Translations under genes and position numbers: made by a program
Notes under the pieces: model-generated
The model's input: only the letters and a program-made list of their open reading frames with translations
What the model was told of the DNA's origin: nothing
The model's database searches: none
Assembly: GCF_009914755.1 (NCBI RefSeq)
Contig: NC_060939.1
DNA: 64,000 bases
Strand: one strand, 5' to 3'
Origin: the human T2T-CHM13v2.0 reference genome, Homo sapiens
Shown: positions 17,423 to 29,992 of the stretch, piece after piece
Numbering within the stretch: the stretch's first letter is position 1
Layout of the letters: the number at the start of each line of letters is the position of its first letter

Positions 17423-18026
17423 GTAAGAGGAAGTTATGGCCTTTATTTTATGCCTCTGTAGGGACTGTGTGTGTGTCATTACCTAGAACATAAGTCTTAA
17501 TGGAGTGACAGTACCTGCCTCTTCTGTATCCCGTGAAGATTCTCTAAATTGTCAGTAAAGTGTCCAGTGCTTTGTCATGACTGCGTAATCAGACTCATCC
17601 AGCAGCTGTCAAGTGAAGGATGTCATTTATTTCGATGTGGGCCTACTCTTTAGTACAAATCTTTTCCTTCCCTTAGACTTTTTTACATGTACAGTTCTAG
17701 CTCACAGAGCAATTGTAAGCCTGCTCTCTTAAATATGAAAAGGTACCAGGTCCCTTCCAATTCTTAACTTCGTGTAGATAGAAGTCATGTCTTAATCATG
17801 TTTGATTTATGTCATGTTTATTACTGTTAACCTAAGTCTCGAATGTAGAGTCTGTCACTCCTGAACAGGATATTGATTTTTTTCTGGTACTAGAATATGA
17901 TCTCTGTGAATATCCCCTGTATTCATGTGTCTTATGAAATCAACTATCATCTTGAGGAAAGTCCAACATAGGCTTATTTTACAGGTCACAAACCTGATTC
18001 TGATATTGATTTTTTGATATATTGAG

Positions 18027-18179
18027 GAGTAGGTACAGACATGAATGAAGGACAACTACTGGGAGACTTTGAGATTGAGTCCAAACAGCTGGAAGCAGAG
18101 TCTTGGAGTCGGATAATAGACAGCAAGTTTCTAAAACAGCAAAAGAAAGATGTGGTCAAACGGCAAGAAGTAATATATG
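18027..18179 (+). CDS. AKAP13: AKAP13 exon, start of DH domain (GVGTDMNEGQ...KRQEVIY); start could also be 18030 or 18033
   Basis: GAG-GAG-TAG tandem acceptor, G|gtgaga donor, ORF 18041. Confidence 0.92.
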
Positions 18180-18639
18180 GTGAGAGTCTTCATTTTGCTC
18201 TGATTATATTTGATTTCCATTGTCCAGCATTTTTAAGCAGTAATTTGTTGGACTATGAAAAATCAGTTTTTTAGTATGTGGCTTCTTGAAAAGATTTCCT
18301 TTAAAAACTTTAAGGTACAGAGACGTGGTCCTGTTGGTATCCTATCTCCTTTTTGCCCCACTCTTCTGTTTTCAGTTCTACTGAACATTGTACTTATATG
18401 TGAGTACTTATTTATACAGCAGTCCTAGAAAGAGATATCTCAGTTTTTTTCCTTACCTACACTAAAAACTAGACTAAACACAAGTCATTTCTGAGAACTG
18501 GGTATACAGTCAGTTACGACAGGTGCTGAATCCAGTGAAGACCTCTTTGGAAGTCATAATTTAAGACTGATGGAATCCGGGGTACCTATTATCAGAAAAT
18601 AGGACACGTGAAAAATAGAGGAATAAGACGAAAACACTT

Positions 18640-18944
18640 GACCAGGCTCAGCGGCTCATACCTGTAATCCCAGCACTCTGGGAGGCTGAGGCGGGTGGAT
18701 CACTCGAGCCCAGAGTTCAAGACTAGCCTGGGAACATAGTGAAACCCCATTTCTATAAAAAATACAAAAATCAGCCAGGCGTGATGGCATGTACCTGCAG
18801 CCCCAGCTGCTCGAGAGGCTAAAGCAGAAAGATCGCTTGAGCCCAGGAGGTTGAGGCTGCAATGAGCCATGACTTCAGCCTGCACTTCAGCCTGGGTGAC
18901 AGAGCCAGAACCTGTCTTAAAAAAAAAACAAAAAAACAAAAAAA
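18640..18944 (+). mobile_element. AluJ-like
   Basis: Diverged full Alu. Confidence 0.9.
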
Positions 18945-19095
18945 CGAGAACACTTTTAGGGGAAAGATAGCTGTTGACCCAATTTTAAGGTTCAAATTGG
19001 GCTCTAAACTAGCTTTGGGACTGCAGCAGATGATCTTTGAGGGCGAATGCTTATAAAAGAGTGTTCCTGACACTTGATCTTTTTCCTCCTTTTAG

Positions 19096-19346
19096 AGTTG
19101 ATGCAGACAGAGTTTCATCATGTCCGCACTCTCAAGATCATGAGTGGTGTGTACAGCCAGGGGATGATGGCGGATCTGCTTTTTGAGCAGCAGATGGTAG
19201 AAAAGCTGTTCCCCTGTTTGGATGAGCTGATCAGTATCCATAGCCAATTCTTCCAGAGGATTCTGGAGCGGAAGAAGGAGTCTCTGGTGGATAAAAGTGA
19301 AAAGAACTTTCTCATCAAGAGGATAGGGGATGTGCTTGTAAATCAG
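19096..19346 (+). CDS. AKAP13: AKAP13 exon, DH domain (ELMQTEFHHVRTL...VLVNQ)
   Basis: DH motif ELMQTE, tttag acceptor, CAG|gtgaga donor. Confidence 0.97.
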
Positions 19347-19673
19347 GTGAGAATGGGAAGGATCTCAGGTTCTTACATACACTGGGAAAAAGGGAAGTCA
19401 TGGGGTTCCACAGCCATGCATTCACATCTTCTTTCTACCATTTATTATCTGTGTAAGCTCAGGGAACTTATTTAATTTCTCTGGAGCCTTGATTTCCTTT
19501 TCTGTAAAATGCAGACAGTAGGGTTTCTCTCCTAATGTTATTTTGGAAAGTTAAAGGGAGGGTATATATAAAGTACCTAATGCATATGATAGATGCTCAG
19601 TAAAACTTAGTTTTTCTTCCTCAGAGTCTGTGCCATCATCAGAAACAGTATAGTTTAAGAAATCAATTAATAT

Positions 19674-19947
19674 GGCCAGGCACAGTGGCTCATGCCTGTA
19701 ATCCCAGCACTTTGGGAGATGAGGAGGGCGGATCACTTGAGGTCAGGAGTTCAAGACCAGCCTGGCCAACATGATAAAACCCTGTCTCTACTAAAAATAC
19801 AAAAATTAGCCAGGCGTGGTGGCATATGGGAGACTGAGATATAAGAATCGCTTGAACCTGGGAGGCAGAAGTTGCAGTGAGCCGAGCTCATGCCACTGCA
19901 CTCCAGCCTGGGAGACAGAGTGATACTCTGTCTCAAAAAAAAAAAAA
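19674..19947 (+). mobile_element. Alu with small internal deletion
   Basis: Alu consensus lacking part of the right-arm start. Confidence 0.9.
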
Positions 19948-19970
19948 TTGAAAATTATTTAAATATTTGG

Positions 19971-20276
19971 GGCTGGGCACACTGGCTCACACCTGTAATC
20001 CCAACAGTTCGGGAGGCTGAGGCGGATGGATTGCTTGAAGCCAGGTGTTCAAGACTAGCCTGGCAACGTACCAAGAGCTGTCTCTACAAAAAAAAGTGAA
20101 AAAATGAGCCAGGTGTGGTAGTGCACACTTGTGGTCCCAACCACTCAGGAGCCCGAGGTGGGAGGATCACTTGAGCCTAGGAGTTCAAAGTTGCAGCGAG
20201 CCATGGTGATGCTCGTGCCACTGTACTCCAGCCTGGGCGAGAGAGTGAGAGACCCCAGCTCAACATTTAAAAACAA
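19971..20276 (+). mobile_element. AluJ-like
   Basis: Diverged Alu, tandem to the previous one. Confidence 0.88.

Positions 20277-20280
<4 letters not shown>

Positions 20281-20308
<28 letters not shown>
20281..20308. repeat. (TG)14 microsatellite
   Basis: Seen directly. Confidence 0.95.
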
Positions 20309-20309
<1 letters not shown>

Positions 20310-22008
20310 TGGAAATCTTCAACTTTCCCCTCTGCCTCAAATCAGAAGGATCTCATGTGTCTAAAAACCAGCTGAAGCACAGAAAGTTGAATAAGTGACT
20401 ATCTGTAAAATGCTTAATAAAATATGTATTGTTGATACTTTCATCAAGGTGTGGTATGGTTTTAGTCATACTCCAAAAAATTCAGCTAAAATTACTTTGG
20501 TACTTGTAGATGTGATTGTCATAGACAGATTTTAATGTTTCTTTTTAAAATATTCTTCTTGAAAAACACATTGCCAGTATAACCTTTACAGGCAGAGGGG
20601 TATATAACATGTACATCTGACTAGGTATTTCCCCAAAGATGCAGATTCCCCAAAGATGCAAATTCCCCAAAGATTTTGGGCAAATATCTGCTGCTGTGTA
20701 GAAGCAGAGGCTTAATTGTTGGAACATTTGTCTGAGAATTGTAAATTTTGTCTTTCCTTTGTGTTCTTGAGCCCATACCCCTCACTTCATTAATTTATTA
20801 GCACATTCACTCATTCATTTTTCAGGTATTTACTGAGCATCTATTAAATGCCAGGTAGAACTACAAAGGGGGATATGGCTTAGGCCTCTGCCTCAGGGAA
20901 CTCCTAGGAGTAAAAGTAAGCATGTTATGAAATAAATGCAAATGCAGTGCGGTAAATGAACACAGATAGCTGCAACAGATAGAGCTCAAAATTAAGACCT
21001 ACAAGTGATGACTTTTCCTCCTGAAACATCCCCTTGGGCATTTCCATTTCTCTCTCTCTGCCCCTCCTCTCTGGTTTCATCTAACTTTTACTTTCTCTAA
21101 CTTAGTACTTCATCAAACTTTGACTTGTATTACCATTTGTACCTCCTTGTACTTGTGTACAACCCCTAGTAAGATCTTTGGTGCTAGAATTCACAGTTTA
21201 ACTCATAGTATCCGTTTGCTCGTTCTGTGTGCCAGTGGTAGGATCAACCTTTGGGGCATTTGCTTTGTCATATGAGCAGATAACTTACCGTCCCTCTGTC
21301 TCAGCTCCTCCATTGGTAAATGGTGAAGTGAAAATCTACCCTGATCCTTCTTTCCAGTTTTTTGGTAAGGATCAATTTGTGTTGCCTCTGGAGGTTTGTA
21401 GTACATGGAAATCAATAATTAGCATGTATTTTATGAACTGCATACAGAAATTCATTGATTTAGTGCAAAGTGAACATACCTTTAGAGGAATCATTGAGAT
21501 TGCACACATTTGGGAATGATTTAAGGGCCTCATAGAATTATTAGGACTGCTGGCCTGAAGTAAGTAGTACAAACAGATACCTAGGTATGATGGCTGTTTG
21601 TCATGTCTGTCTAACTTATCAAGGTCAGATATTTAAGATTGTCTCATGAAAAACTCCTAGTGAATCTCATTGTTTTATTACTCTGTTTATGACAAATAGA
21701 AGTTAGAATACATTTTGCATTTTCCGTGTGCACAGTACATAAAGTTTCTTTAATTTTTTGTTGTTTTTCAAATCTGTATAACAGCTTTATTGAGATTTAA
21801 TCCATATGCCATATAGTCTACCCATTTAAAGTTGAACCTCTTGAGTAACTGCCAGACTGCTTTCCAAAGCTGCTGCACCATTTCATTCTTTTGGGAGAAT
21901 TTATGAGGAAGCGCTCTTGACTTTTACAACTAGACTGGAAACATTTTACAAAATGGTATTATGAGTTTGGCGCCCCATGGCATAACTTCTGTTCTCTTTT
22001 CTCTGCAG

Positions 22009-22134
22009 TTTTCAGGTGAGAATGCAGAACGTTTAAAGAAGACATATGGCAAGTTTTGTGGGCAACATAACCAGTCTGTAAACTACTTCAAAGACCTTTA
22101 TGCCAAGGATAAGCGTTTTCAAGCCTTTGTAAAG
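22009..22134 (+). CDS. AKAP13: AKAP13 exon, DH domain (FSGENAERLKKTYGKFC...AFVK)
   Basis: ctgcag acceptor, AAG|gtattg donor. Confidence 0.96.
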
Positions 22135-22247
22135 GTATTGATAAGAAACATGAAAATCCCCGTTATTGTTGAGAGCCATGTGTCCCTGTCGGCTTTCACT
22201 AGAGCCTTTTTCATGTGATTCCTCACAGTCTGTTTACTCCCTTGCAG

Positions 22248-22365
22248 AAGAAGATGAGCAGTTCAGTTGTTAGAAGGCTTGGAATTCCAGAGTGCATATT
22301 GCTTGTAACTCAGCGGATTACCAAGTACCCAGTTTTATTCCAAAGAATATTGCAGTGTACCAAAG
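22248..22365 (+). CDS. AKAP13: AKAP13 exon, DH domain ([11 protein letters not shown]...QRITKYPVL...CTK)
   Basis: QRITKYP DH signature, ttgcag acceptor, G|gtaagt donor. Confidence 0.96.
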
Positions 22366-23089
22366 GTAAGTCTCCTTTCTAACTCGGTCTTGTATGGTCA
22401 TGGACTGTTTCCTCTGTGGCCAGTAGTACTGGAAGCCCCATGGAAGTGCTATTTCATGCTTTAGTATGTCTAAAAGAGACCTTGTGTTTTATCTTGAATT
22501 TTGTTGAATGAAAATTTGGACTGTTATGTTACCAGACTTAGGATAGATGATAGCAAGAAGGAAAGGGAACACATTGATTCCATCCAGAGTTCAATGACCT
22601 GAACAGTATTCTGTTATCACTAGGCTGGGAGATAATTTCCACTAGTTATTCCCAGAAGTGCTAGAATTGCTGCTGTTTTTCACTTAATCAGTAATTACTG
22701 GTTTCTCTCTCTTGGCTAATTCTGTTCCTAGGTAGTTATTTTAAAGATTACAAGGCAGTACATTAAAAATTAAGTAAAACAAATAAAAAAAAAAAAACTT
22801 GGTTGCTCTTCCTGCTATTACTGTCCCTCCTAGAAGTCTTTAGTTCCTTTTATTTCAGAGCACAACATATGATTGCATATTATTTATATCATTGAAAACT
22901 TCTGACTTTTTTTAGAATCAAACTTATGACAGCAAGAAGGATAGGCACATGATCTCTGACGTGTTGGCTTCCCTCTGATAGCATAGTCACAAAGGGAAAA
23001 GATGATATGGAGTGAGAAGTCAGGATTCCCTTGCTTCTGCCCTTGTCCAAAAAGAGCCATAAAAAACAGAATTATTCTTTCCTTCCAAG

Positions 23090-23338
23090 ACAATGAAGTG
23101 GAGCAGGAAGATCTAGCACAGTCCTTGAGCCTGGTGAAGGATGTGATTGGAGCTGTAGACAGCAAAGTGGCAAGTTATGAAAAGAAAGTGCGTCTCAATG
23201 AGATTTATACAAAGACAGATAGCAAGTCAATCATGAGGATGAAGAGTGGTCAGATGTTTGCCAAGGAAGATTTGAAACGGAAGAAGCTTGTACGTGATGG
23301 GAGTGTGTTTCTGAAGAATGCAGCAGGAAGGTTGAAAG
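23090..23338 (+). CDS. AKAP13: AKAP13 exon, DH end / PH start (DNEVEQEDL...AAGRLK)
   Basis: ORF 23002, ccaag acceptor, G|gtaagg donor. Confidence 0.96.
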
Positions 23339-26300
23339 GTAAGGCTTGGCTCTTTTGTCTTAAGTATGTGCCCAGGTAAAACAGGCAAAAATCCAAGTGC
23401 TTTTGTTGGAAATTCACTACCAGATTTTTTTCCCAGAGAGCCCATCTCTAAACACTACCCAGGAGCAACAAGCATTTAGTTCTTCGTAATCTTATATCAA
23501 AAATGGTTTGTGATGGCCTGCAAAATCATACAAAATAGAGGAAGAAGACAAAGAAATGATGCAGTCAGGGAAAATGGAAAATAAGGTTTTAAAAAAACAA
23601 AGCAAAGCGTAAGATTGGTGCACATATGCAAGCTGTCAAGGAAGGTGTATTCCCCTATAAGAGATGGACAGCCAGGTTGGAATTGGGATCTATGGCAAAA
23701 CTCACAAGGAGGGAGACACAGTCAGCGAGTTTCACAGAATCTGTGAGTTCAAAACACATCACTTGTTCACAAGAGATGTTAGAGGAGTTTGCAGCTCCAG
23801 ACACCTAATAGAAAGTTAAGTTTAACCCACATCAATTAGATTTTTTTATTGTTATAATTTATGATATTCGTATATCTTTAAAGCAAAATAAATCATAAAG
23901 GATGCCCATTTTCCATTTGGTTTTAATTTTTACATTTCTAATAGTCAGCCGTATCAAGTTAAAGAAGCTATGAGGCTTGTTTTTTAATTTATGTGTACAT
24001 TTGATTTTTTTTGTTTGTTTTCATCAAACCTATACTCCATGGGCCTATATGTTACACCAATAGCCTTGAATTATACCCACCCCTTCGCCCTGGCCTCAGT
24101 GAGCTGAGGACATTGAAGCAGGGTAGGCCAGTACTGTCAGCCTCACTGGCATAGAAAGAAGGTGGAGGAAATGGGTGCTGCTTTCATTTCTGAGGTATAA
24201 GTGATGATGTAGATAACTGCTATAGGAAATGCCCACGCATAGAACAAATGGTAAAGAAGTTCCAGGCAGTCAGCTGGTTTCAACAATGAATAAAGCAGGA
24301 CACCCTGCTTAGAAGTTGAAATCAAAATGAAGAGCCTTGGAAAGAGATACCTGCTCTACAGTGTGGTGAGTGCTGGAATGGAGGAGAAAGCAAGAGGAAT
24401 AGCAATAGAGTCAAGTCTTGAAGGATGACGGCACATAAGGAGAAAGTGTTCCCCACACTAAGGAAGAGAAAGTGGAAGCACAGAGTTGAAAGGGTGTGGC
24501 ACATCCAGGGAAGAGTGGACACCCGGGACTCTCACACAGAGAGCAGAGTGAATGACAGGGGAGTGACGGGAAACCAGCCCAAAGAAACGGGAGGGGCCAG
24601 GTTGTAATGAGGTGCATTCTCCAGACTGAGGAGTTAACAGTTGATACTATTGATGAGGGAAGGGGGCAAAGAATGGGTTCAAAAACGAGAACGGCAAGCA
24701 GGAGAGGGATACATGAGGTGGTTTTTCAGTATGACAACTAGGGGCAGTTTAGAGTGCAGCTGGAGTGAAGAGAGACTGGTGACAGATAAGAGACTGTGCA
24801 GTGCTTTGGGGAAGAGCTCATCTGGGCCTGCATTGTAGCAGAAGGCATAAAAAAGAAGGGCAGAAAAGATTCAGAGAAAGAAATCTCCTTTCCCACCACC
24901 AGCTGGCTGTGTATTTCATGGTTCTGTGATAAACTTAAACTAAGGCTCCTTCCCTCCAGTCTTAATATTCCATGATGTTCTGAGAGCCCTAGCTCTCTTT
25001 GAGACTTTTACGCTGTCTGGCAGTTCAGAAATACCTGCCCCTTCTTGTAAAGGCCTGAATTTCCTAGAGCTGCTGTTGCCTGGATCCAGCGCTTTATTCT
25101 TTCCTTTACATAGCAATTTATTTATTCCCAAAATAAAAACTAGTAGATTCCAGCTGTTGCAATAAAGTTGTGGTCAAGCCAGCGGCAGAACGATAGGTTT
25201 TCTGGCCTAGAATGCCTCCTGTAGAGATAGGAGTTGGTGTTTAGTCATTTTCACCCCCAAGTGAATTCATGCCAAGAACAGCCAGTACTATGTTGGGTAC
25301 TCTTTGAAAGGGGTGGGATTGTTTTTCTCTGATCCACTGACACTGATCATATAAACTTCAAGATTCAATGAAGTTAAAATGTGTGTCTCTGCTTTTTTGG
25401 GGGGAGGGGGAGGGTGCAGGCACCTGAATTATTTAAAAGTAAACTTTAAAAAAAAAACTTTTTCATAACTGATGGCAGTACACAGAAAATTGCAGTAGTT
25501 TAGCCTAAAAAAATTAGACCTCCCTAGGAATCAGATGTCCTTGCTTCTGTTTTCTTCATAGCTTTGCAGTGAATTCCACAGAAAGGGGATTTCAGTTGCG
25601 GCAGAGGTAGAAGAAAAGGTGGGGCATGGACTGCATAAATCAGTTCCATCCTTTCCCAGGGAATTGTGGACTTCACTTTCCACAGTGAAGATGTTACATA
25701 GGGGCCAACCTGCTAGCTCGAGATAGACTCAACTCCAGAGACATCAAACCATCCTCAGGAGACTAGTGGAAAATGTTACTACCTACTCCTAGAGGATTAG
25801 TCAGAGCTAGAGTTTAAGCTGACTATTGCATATGGAGCTGAGGAAAGAGCCCTATATTCACATGTACCTGTAAGACTGGAAGGCGCCTGCCTGTGTGGCC
25901 ACTCTTTGTTCTTTTGAGGGCATGGAAGACGTCTTTTCATTAGACTTAGATATTTCTATACTTCATCTTTGGGCAGCATTCCTGTCTCCTGCCCCACACC
26001 TTTCCCATTACTGTAATTAGAAGTCGAAAAATATTGCAATCTGAGTATTTTTTGGAGTATCCTGCTATGTGTTGCTGTTTAACATCTGTACAAGTCCAGC
26101 TTTTCAGCTTTATTCTTAAAAGTATTTTATTCTTAAAATCTTGTCTTATGGGATATATCTTTCTAGGACTGAGTACTTAAACTTTTCCAAAACAAGGCTT
26201 TGGTGATAAATCCCATTTTAAAATGCTGCTAAAAATCTGGTGACCAGATCTGAATCCTGGAGAACTGTAAAACTGTTGCTTTGGAGGAGTGTGATCTCAG

Positions 26301-26426
26301 ATCATAGTTTGCCCGTATAGGGGTGTATGTGTTGCTGAAACACCCTTCAATAAAAAACCTTCTGACTGTGGGTAACTATTAAGTAGTCATCGTTTTATCT
26401 TCCCTTCTCCCATTTCCATTTTCCAG

Positions 26427-26503
26427 AGGTTCAAGCAGTTCTTCTCACTGACATTTTAGTTTTCCTTCAAGAAAAAGACCAGAAGTACATCTTTGCATCA
26501 TTG
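26427..26503 (+). CDS. AKAP13: AKAP13 exon, PH domain (EVQAVLLTDILVFLQEKDQKYIFASL)
   Basis: ttccag acceptor, TTG|gtaagc donor. Confidence 0.96.
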
Positions 26504-27082
26504 GTAAGCTGAATTGTTATTTTTGTAATAGTATTATAAGCAGCTAGTTTAGTTATGGAATGTAAGCACTATGTTATTGCTCTCCCCCGCCCTCTTAAAA
26601 TTAAATGGCTCAGGACAAATTCCTCTGAGTAATTTCCCACATGCCCTCAGAATTTTCTGGCATCCCCTCTTCCCAAAAAATTATTATTCTGTTTCATCAC
26701 AGTCTTCTTTTAGTGTCTTGGACATCTGACTATTTGATCTATGAAGAAACCTGGTCACTGGAGCATTTCTCACATTTGAGCCCATAAATGGTGCTCATGT
26801 ATAATATTGCTGACTGGATTCTTTGGGGAACCTGGAAAGATTCATCGTGTGGAAAACATGACTGGAACCTTTAGAGCCATAAATTACTATTTCCCTTTTG
26901 AAATCTTTTTTTGTTAAAATCTGAATGAAATAAGGAGATACTTCTCTTTATCCTAAAGTAGCCCTTGTTTTTCAAACTATGTGCTTTTTTAACAGCATCT
27001 GGTCTTACCTTAGATTGAAGCTGTCCTTCAGAGTTAGAATATTGTATATGTATCTTTTATTTGCCCTCTTCCCTTTTTCCAG

Positions 27083-27264
27083 GACCAGAAGTCAACAGTG
27101 ATCTCTTTAAAGAAGCTGATTGTGAGAGAAGTGGCACATGAGGAGAAAGGTTTATTCCTGATCAGCATGGGGATGACAGATCCAGAGATGGTAGAAGTCC
27201 ATGCCAGCTCCAAAGAGGAACGAAACAGCTGGATTCAGATCATTCAGGACACAATCAACACCCT
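27083..27264 (+). CDS. AKAP13: AKAP13 exon, PH domain (DQKSTVISL...NSWIQIIQDTINTL)
   Basis: PH terminal helix Trp, ttccag acceptor, CT|gtaagt donor. Confidence 0.96.
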
Positions 27265-27397
27265 GTAAGTTAACCACCAGGCCCCACCCTTCCCAGCCCT
27301 CCTGATGTCTCTGTGTGATTTCATAACAGGCTGGACTGTGACCAGAGTAATTGACATCTTAGGAATTTTTTGTTCTGTCTTGTTTGGGTTGTATTAG

Positions 27398-27480
27398 GAA
27401 CAGAGATGAAGATGAAGGAATTCCTAGTGAGAATGAGGAAGAAAAGAAAATGTTGGACACCAGAGCCCGAGAATTAAAAG
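27398..27480 (+). CDS. AKAP13: AKAP13 exon (NRDEDEGIPSE...RARELK)
   Basis: ttag acceptor, AAG|gtgagg donor. Confidence 0.94.
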
Positions 27481-28090
27481 GTGAGGCATTGCGAGTGGTC
27501 TGAGCCCCTTGTCTGGAATGTCTGCAGTTGCAGAAGACTGCTGGTGGATTTTAGAGGTACGGGTTTGCCCTCAGTTCTAAAGCTGCCCCAGCAGGCACTT
27601 GAAAGCAGCAAAATGAATAGCTGTTAACAAAAGAGAAACCAAGGCCAGGCTGACATGGGTCCTCGTAAAGAATGGCTGCAAGGATGTTTCCAGTACTGGA
27701 TCAAGAGAATATTGATTCTCTTGACTCAGGATCCGTGTTCTCAAACCTCATGACATTCTCTGTACTTTGTCACAGGCGAATTTGCCAAAATTTGTAGTCA
27801 CATCTAAGATTAAAACAAGGAGAGAAAGGAATTTGGGGAAAAGAATTCTCCAGTTAATCTGATTTAATCCTCCCCCAGTCCCTAGCGTTATCACTTATCC
27901 GCATGTTTACAAATGAGTTGTGAGGTGAAGTTTTGGGAGCAGGGTATGTATCAATCTATGTTTGACCCTTATTTATTGAGTGCTGACTGTTTTGTGTAGT
28001 CTTGTCAGTATCCCTGCAACACAGGCATTCTAATCCCCATTGTGCCGATGAGACAGTCGAGGCCCACAGAGGACAAGCTACCCAGGGTTA

Positions 28091-28212
28091 ACGTGTGTAG
28101 TTAGTGGGTAAGCCAGAATTCTATTCCCTGTCTTAGCAAAGCCTGGTACTCACGTATGTAGTTAGTGGCTAAGCCAGAATTCTATTCCCTGTCTTAGCAA
28201 AGCCTGTTGCTC
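28091..28212 (+). repeat. 61-bp x2 tandem duplication in MIR-like sequence
   Basis: 28091-28151 vs 28152-28212, 4 mismatches. Confidence 0.92.
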
Positions 28213-29035
28213 TTTTCTCTTTGCCAGTGGCTTATCGAATGTTTCAAAGTAAAGACTATGCTTTGGATAGAAATAAGGCTTAGAGTTAAATAAATGTAAG
28301 CACCTAAGGAGTTTGGTTAGGCCTTAAAGCCATACAGATGATAGCATTCTGTCTCACTGAGGGGGAAATTAAAAATATGGACAGCTTTAGACCAGAGCCA
28401 GAGTTATAGCAAATTTATTGGCCCATGATTAGGATGACAAGGATAAAAATCTTCCTTCTTTAAATTTTGTCAAGTACCTGGCTAGGCATACTGCTAGGTA
28501 CAACAGATGCAAAGATTCCTTAAAAAGAGCCCTTGCCCTTGAGAAGCTCACACCCTAGCAGGGGAGACATACATCAATGATGGGCCACACAGTGATTTAT
28601 TAGACCACAGGCACAATTAGCATGTGTGGGATCTGCTCATCCTGCCTCTAGTAAGTCTCACAGAGAAGCTGGTGCATGAGCTACATCTGAAAAAAATTAT
28701 CTCAGCACACAAGAGTGGTTATGTGCAAAGGTGAAAAAGGACTTGACATGTCTGCCAAGGAATGACAGGTTCGGTGTGTCTGGAGGGTCAGGGCTAAGGG
28801 ATGGGATCTTAAGCTGGAAATGCACCAGGTATTAAAAGGCAACAAGGGACTCATGTAATTAAAAAAAAAAATTTTTTTTTTTAACATGTTGAAGATAGTT
28901 AGGAGAGTTGCTTGAGGGAATGGGAAGCCACTGGAAGTACAAAGACCATTTGGAAGACTGTTAGGATAGGTTAAGTGAGAATGAGCTGGAGAAGGAAGAG
29001 ATGTAAGAAATAAGGTCATTAAAATCTGATCAGTT

Positions 29036-29339
29036 GGCCAGGCTCGGTGGCTCATGCCTGTAATCCCAGCACTTTGGGAGGCCACGGCGGGCGGATCACA
29101 AGGTCAGGAGTTCGAGACCAGCCTGACCAACATGGTGAAACCCCATCTCTACTAAAAATACAAAAATTAGCTGGGCGTGGTGGCACGTGCCTGTAATCCC
29201 AGCTACTTAGGAGGCTGAGGCAGGAGAATCGCTTGAACCCGGGAGGCAGAGGGAGGTAGAGGTTTCAGTGAGCCGAGGTAGCACCACTGCACTTCACTTC
29301 AGCCTGGGTGGCTGAACAAGACTCTGTCTCAAAAAAAAA
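29036..29339 (+). mobile_element. Alu (AluS-like)
   Basis: Full Alu with two micro-duplications. Confidence 0.92.
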
Positions 29340-29671
29340 GAGTCTGGTCGGTTGGTGGTAGGACAGAGTAAGGAGACAGAGTCTCTCACAGGTTTCCAAA
29401 TCAGGTGACCTGGAAGATGAAGAGTTGTTGACTGAGAAAGAGATTCCACACTAAAGGGAGGAGGTAGTGGGCTGGAGAAAAGATTGGTTTCTCACGTGCT
29501 GAGAACAAGGCATCTCAGTAGAGGTGGCCACGTGGGCGCCATGGTCTGCTGCTAAGAAAGGGGAGGGTTTTTGATGGTTTAATGAATTATCAGCATATAG
29601 AAGGTCATTGAAGCCATGGGGATGAATGAGATCCTCAAGAGGAAAGTGGGTAAGGTAAAGAAGACAGCTCA

Positions 29672-29992
29672 GGCCAGGTGCGGTGGCTCACACCTGTAAT
29701 CCCAGCACTTTGGGAGGCCAAGGCGGGCAGATCACCCAAGGTCTGGAGTTCGAGACCAGCCTGGCCAACATGGTGAAACACCATCTCTACTAAAAATACA
29801 AAATTAGCCAGGCGTGGTGGCACATGCCTGTAATCCCAGCTCCTTAGGAGGCTGAGGCAGGAGAATCGCTTAATCACTTGAACCCAGGAGGTGGAGGTTA
29901 CGGTGAGCCAAGAGTGCACCATTGCACTCCAGTCTGGGCAATAGGAGCGAAACTTTCCGTCTCAAAAAACAAAAACAAAAACAAAAAAAAAA
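29672..29992 (+). mobile_element. Alu (AluS-like)
   Basis: TSD aagaagacagctca. Confidence 0.93.
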
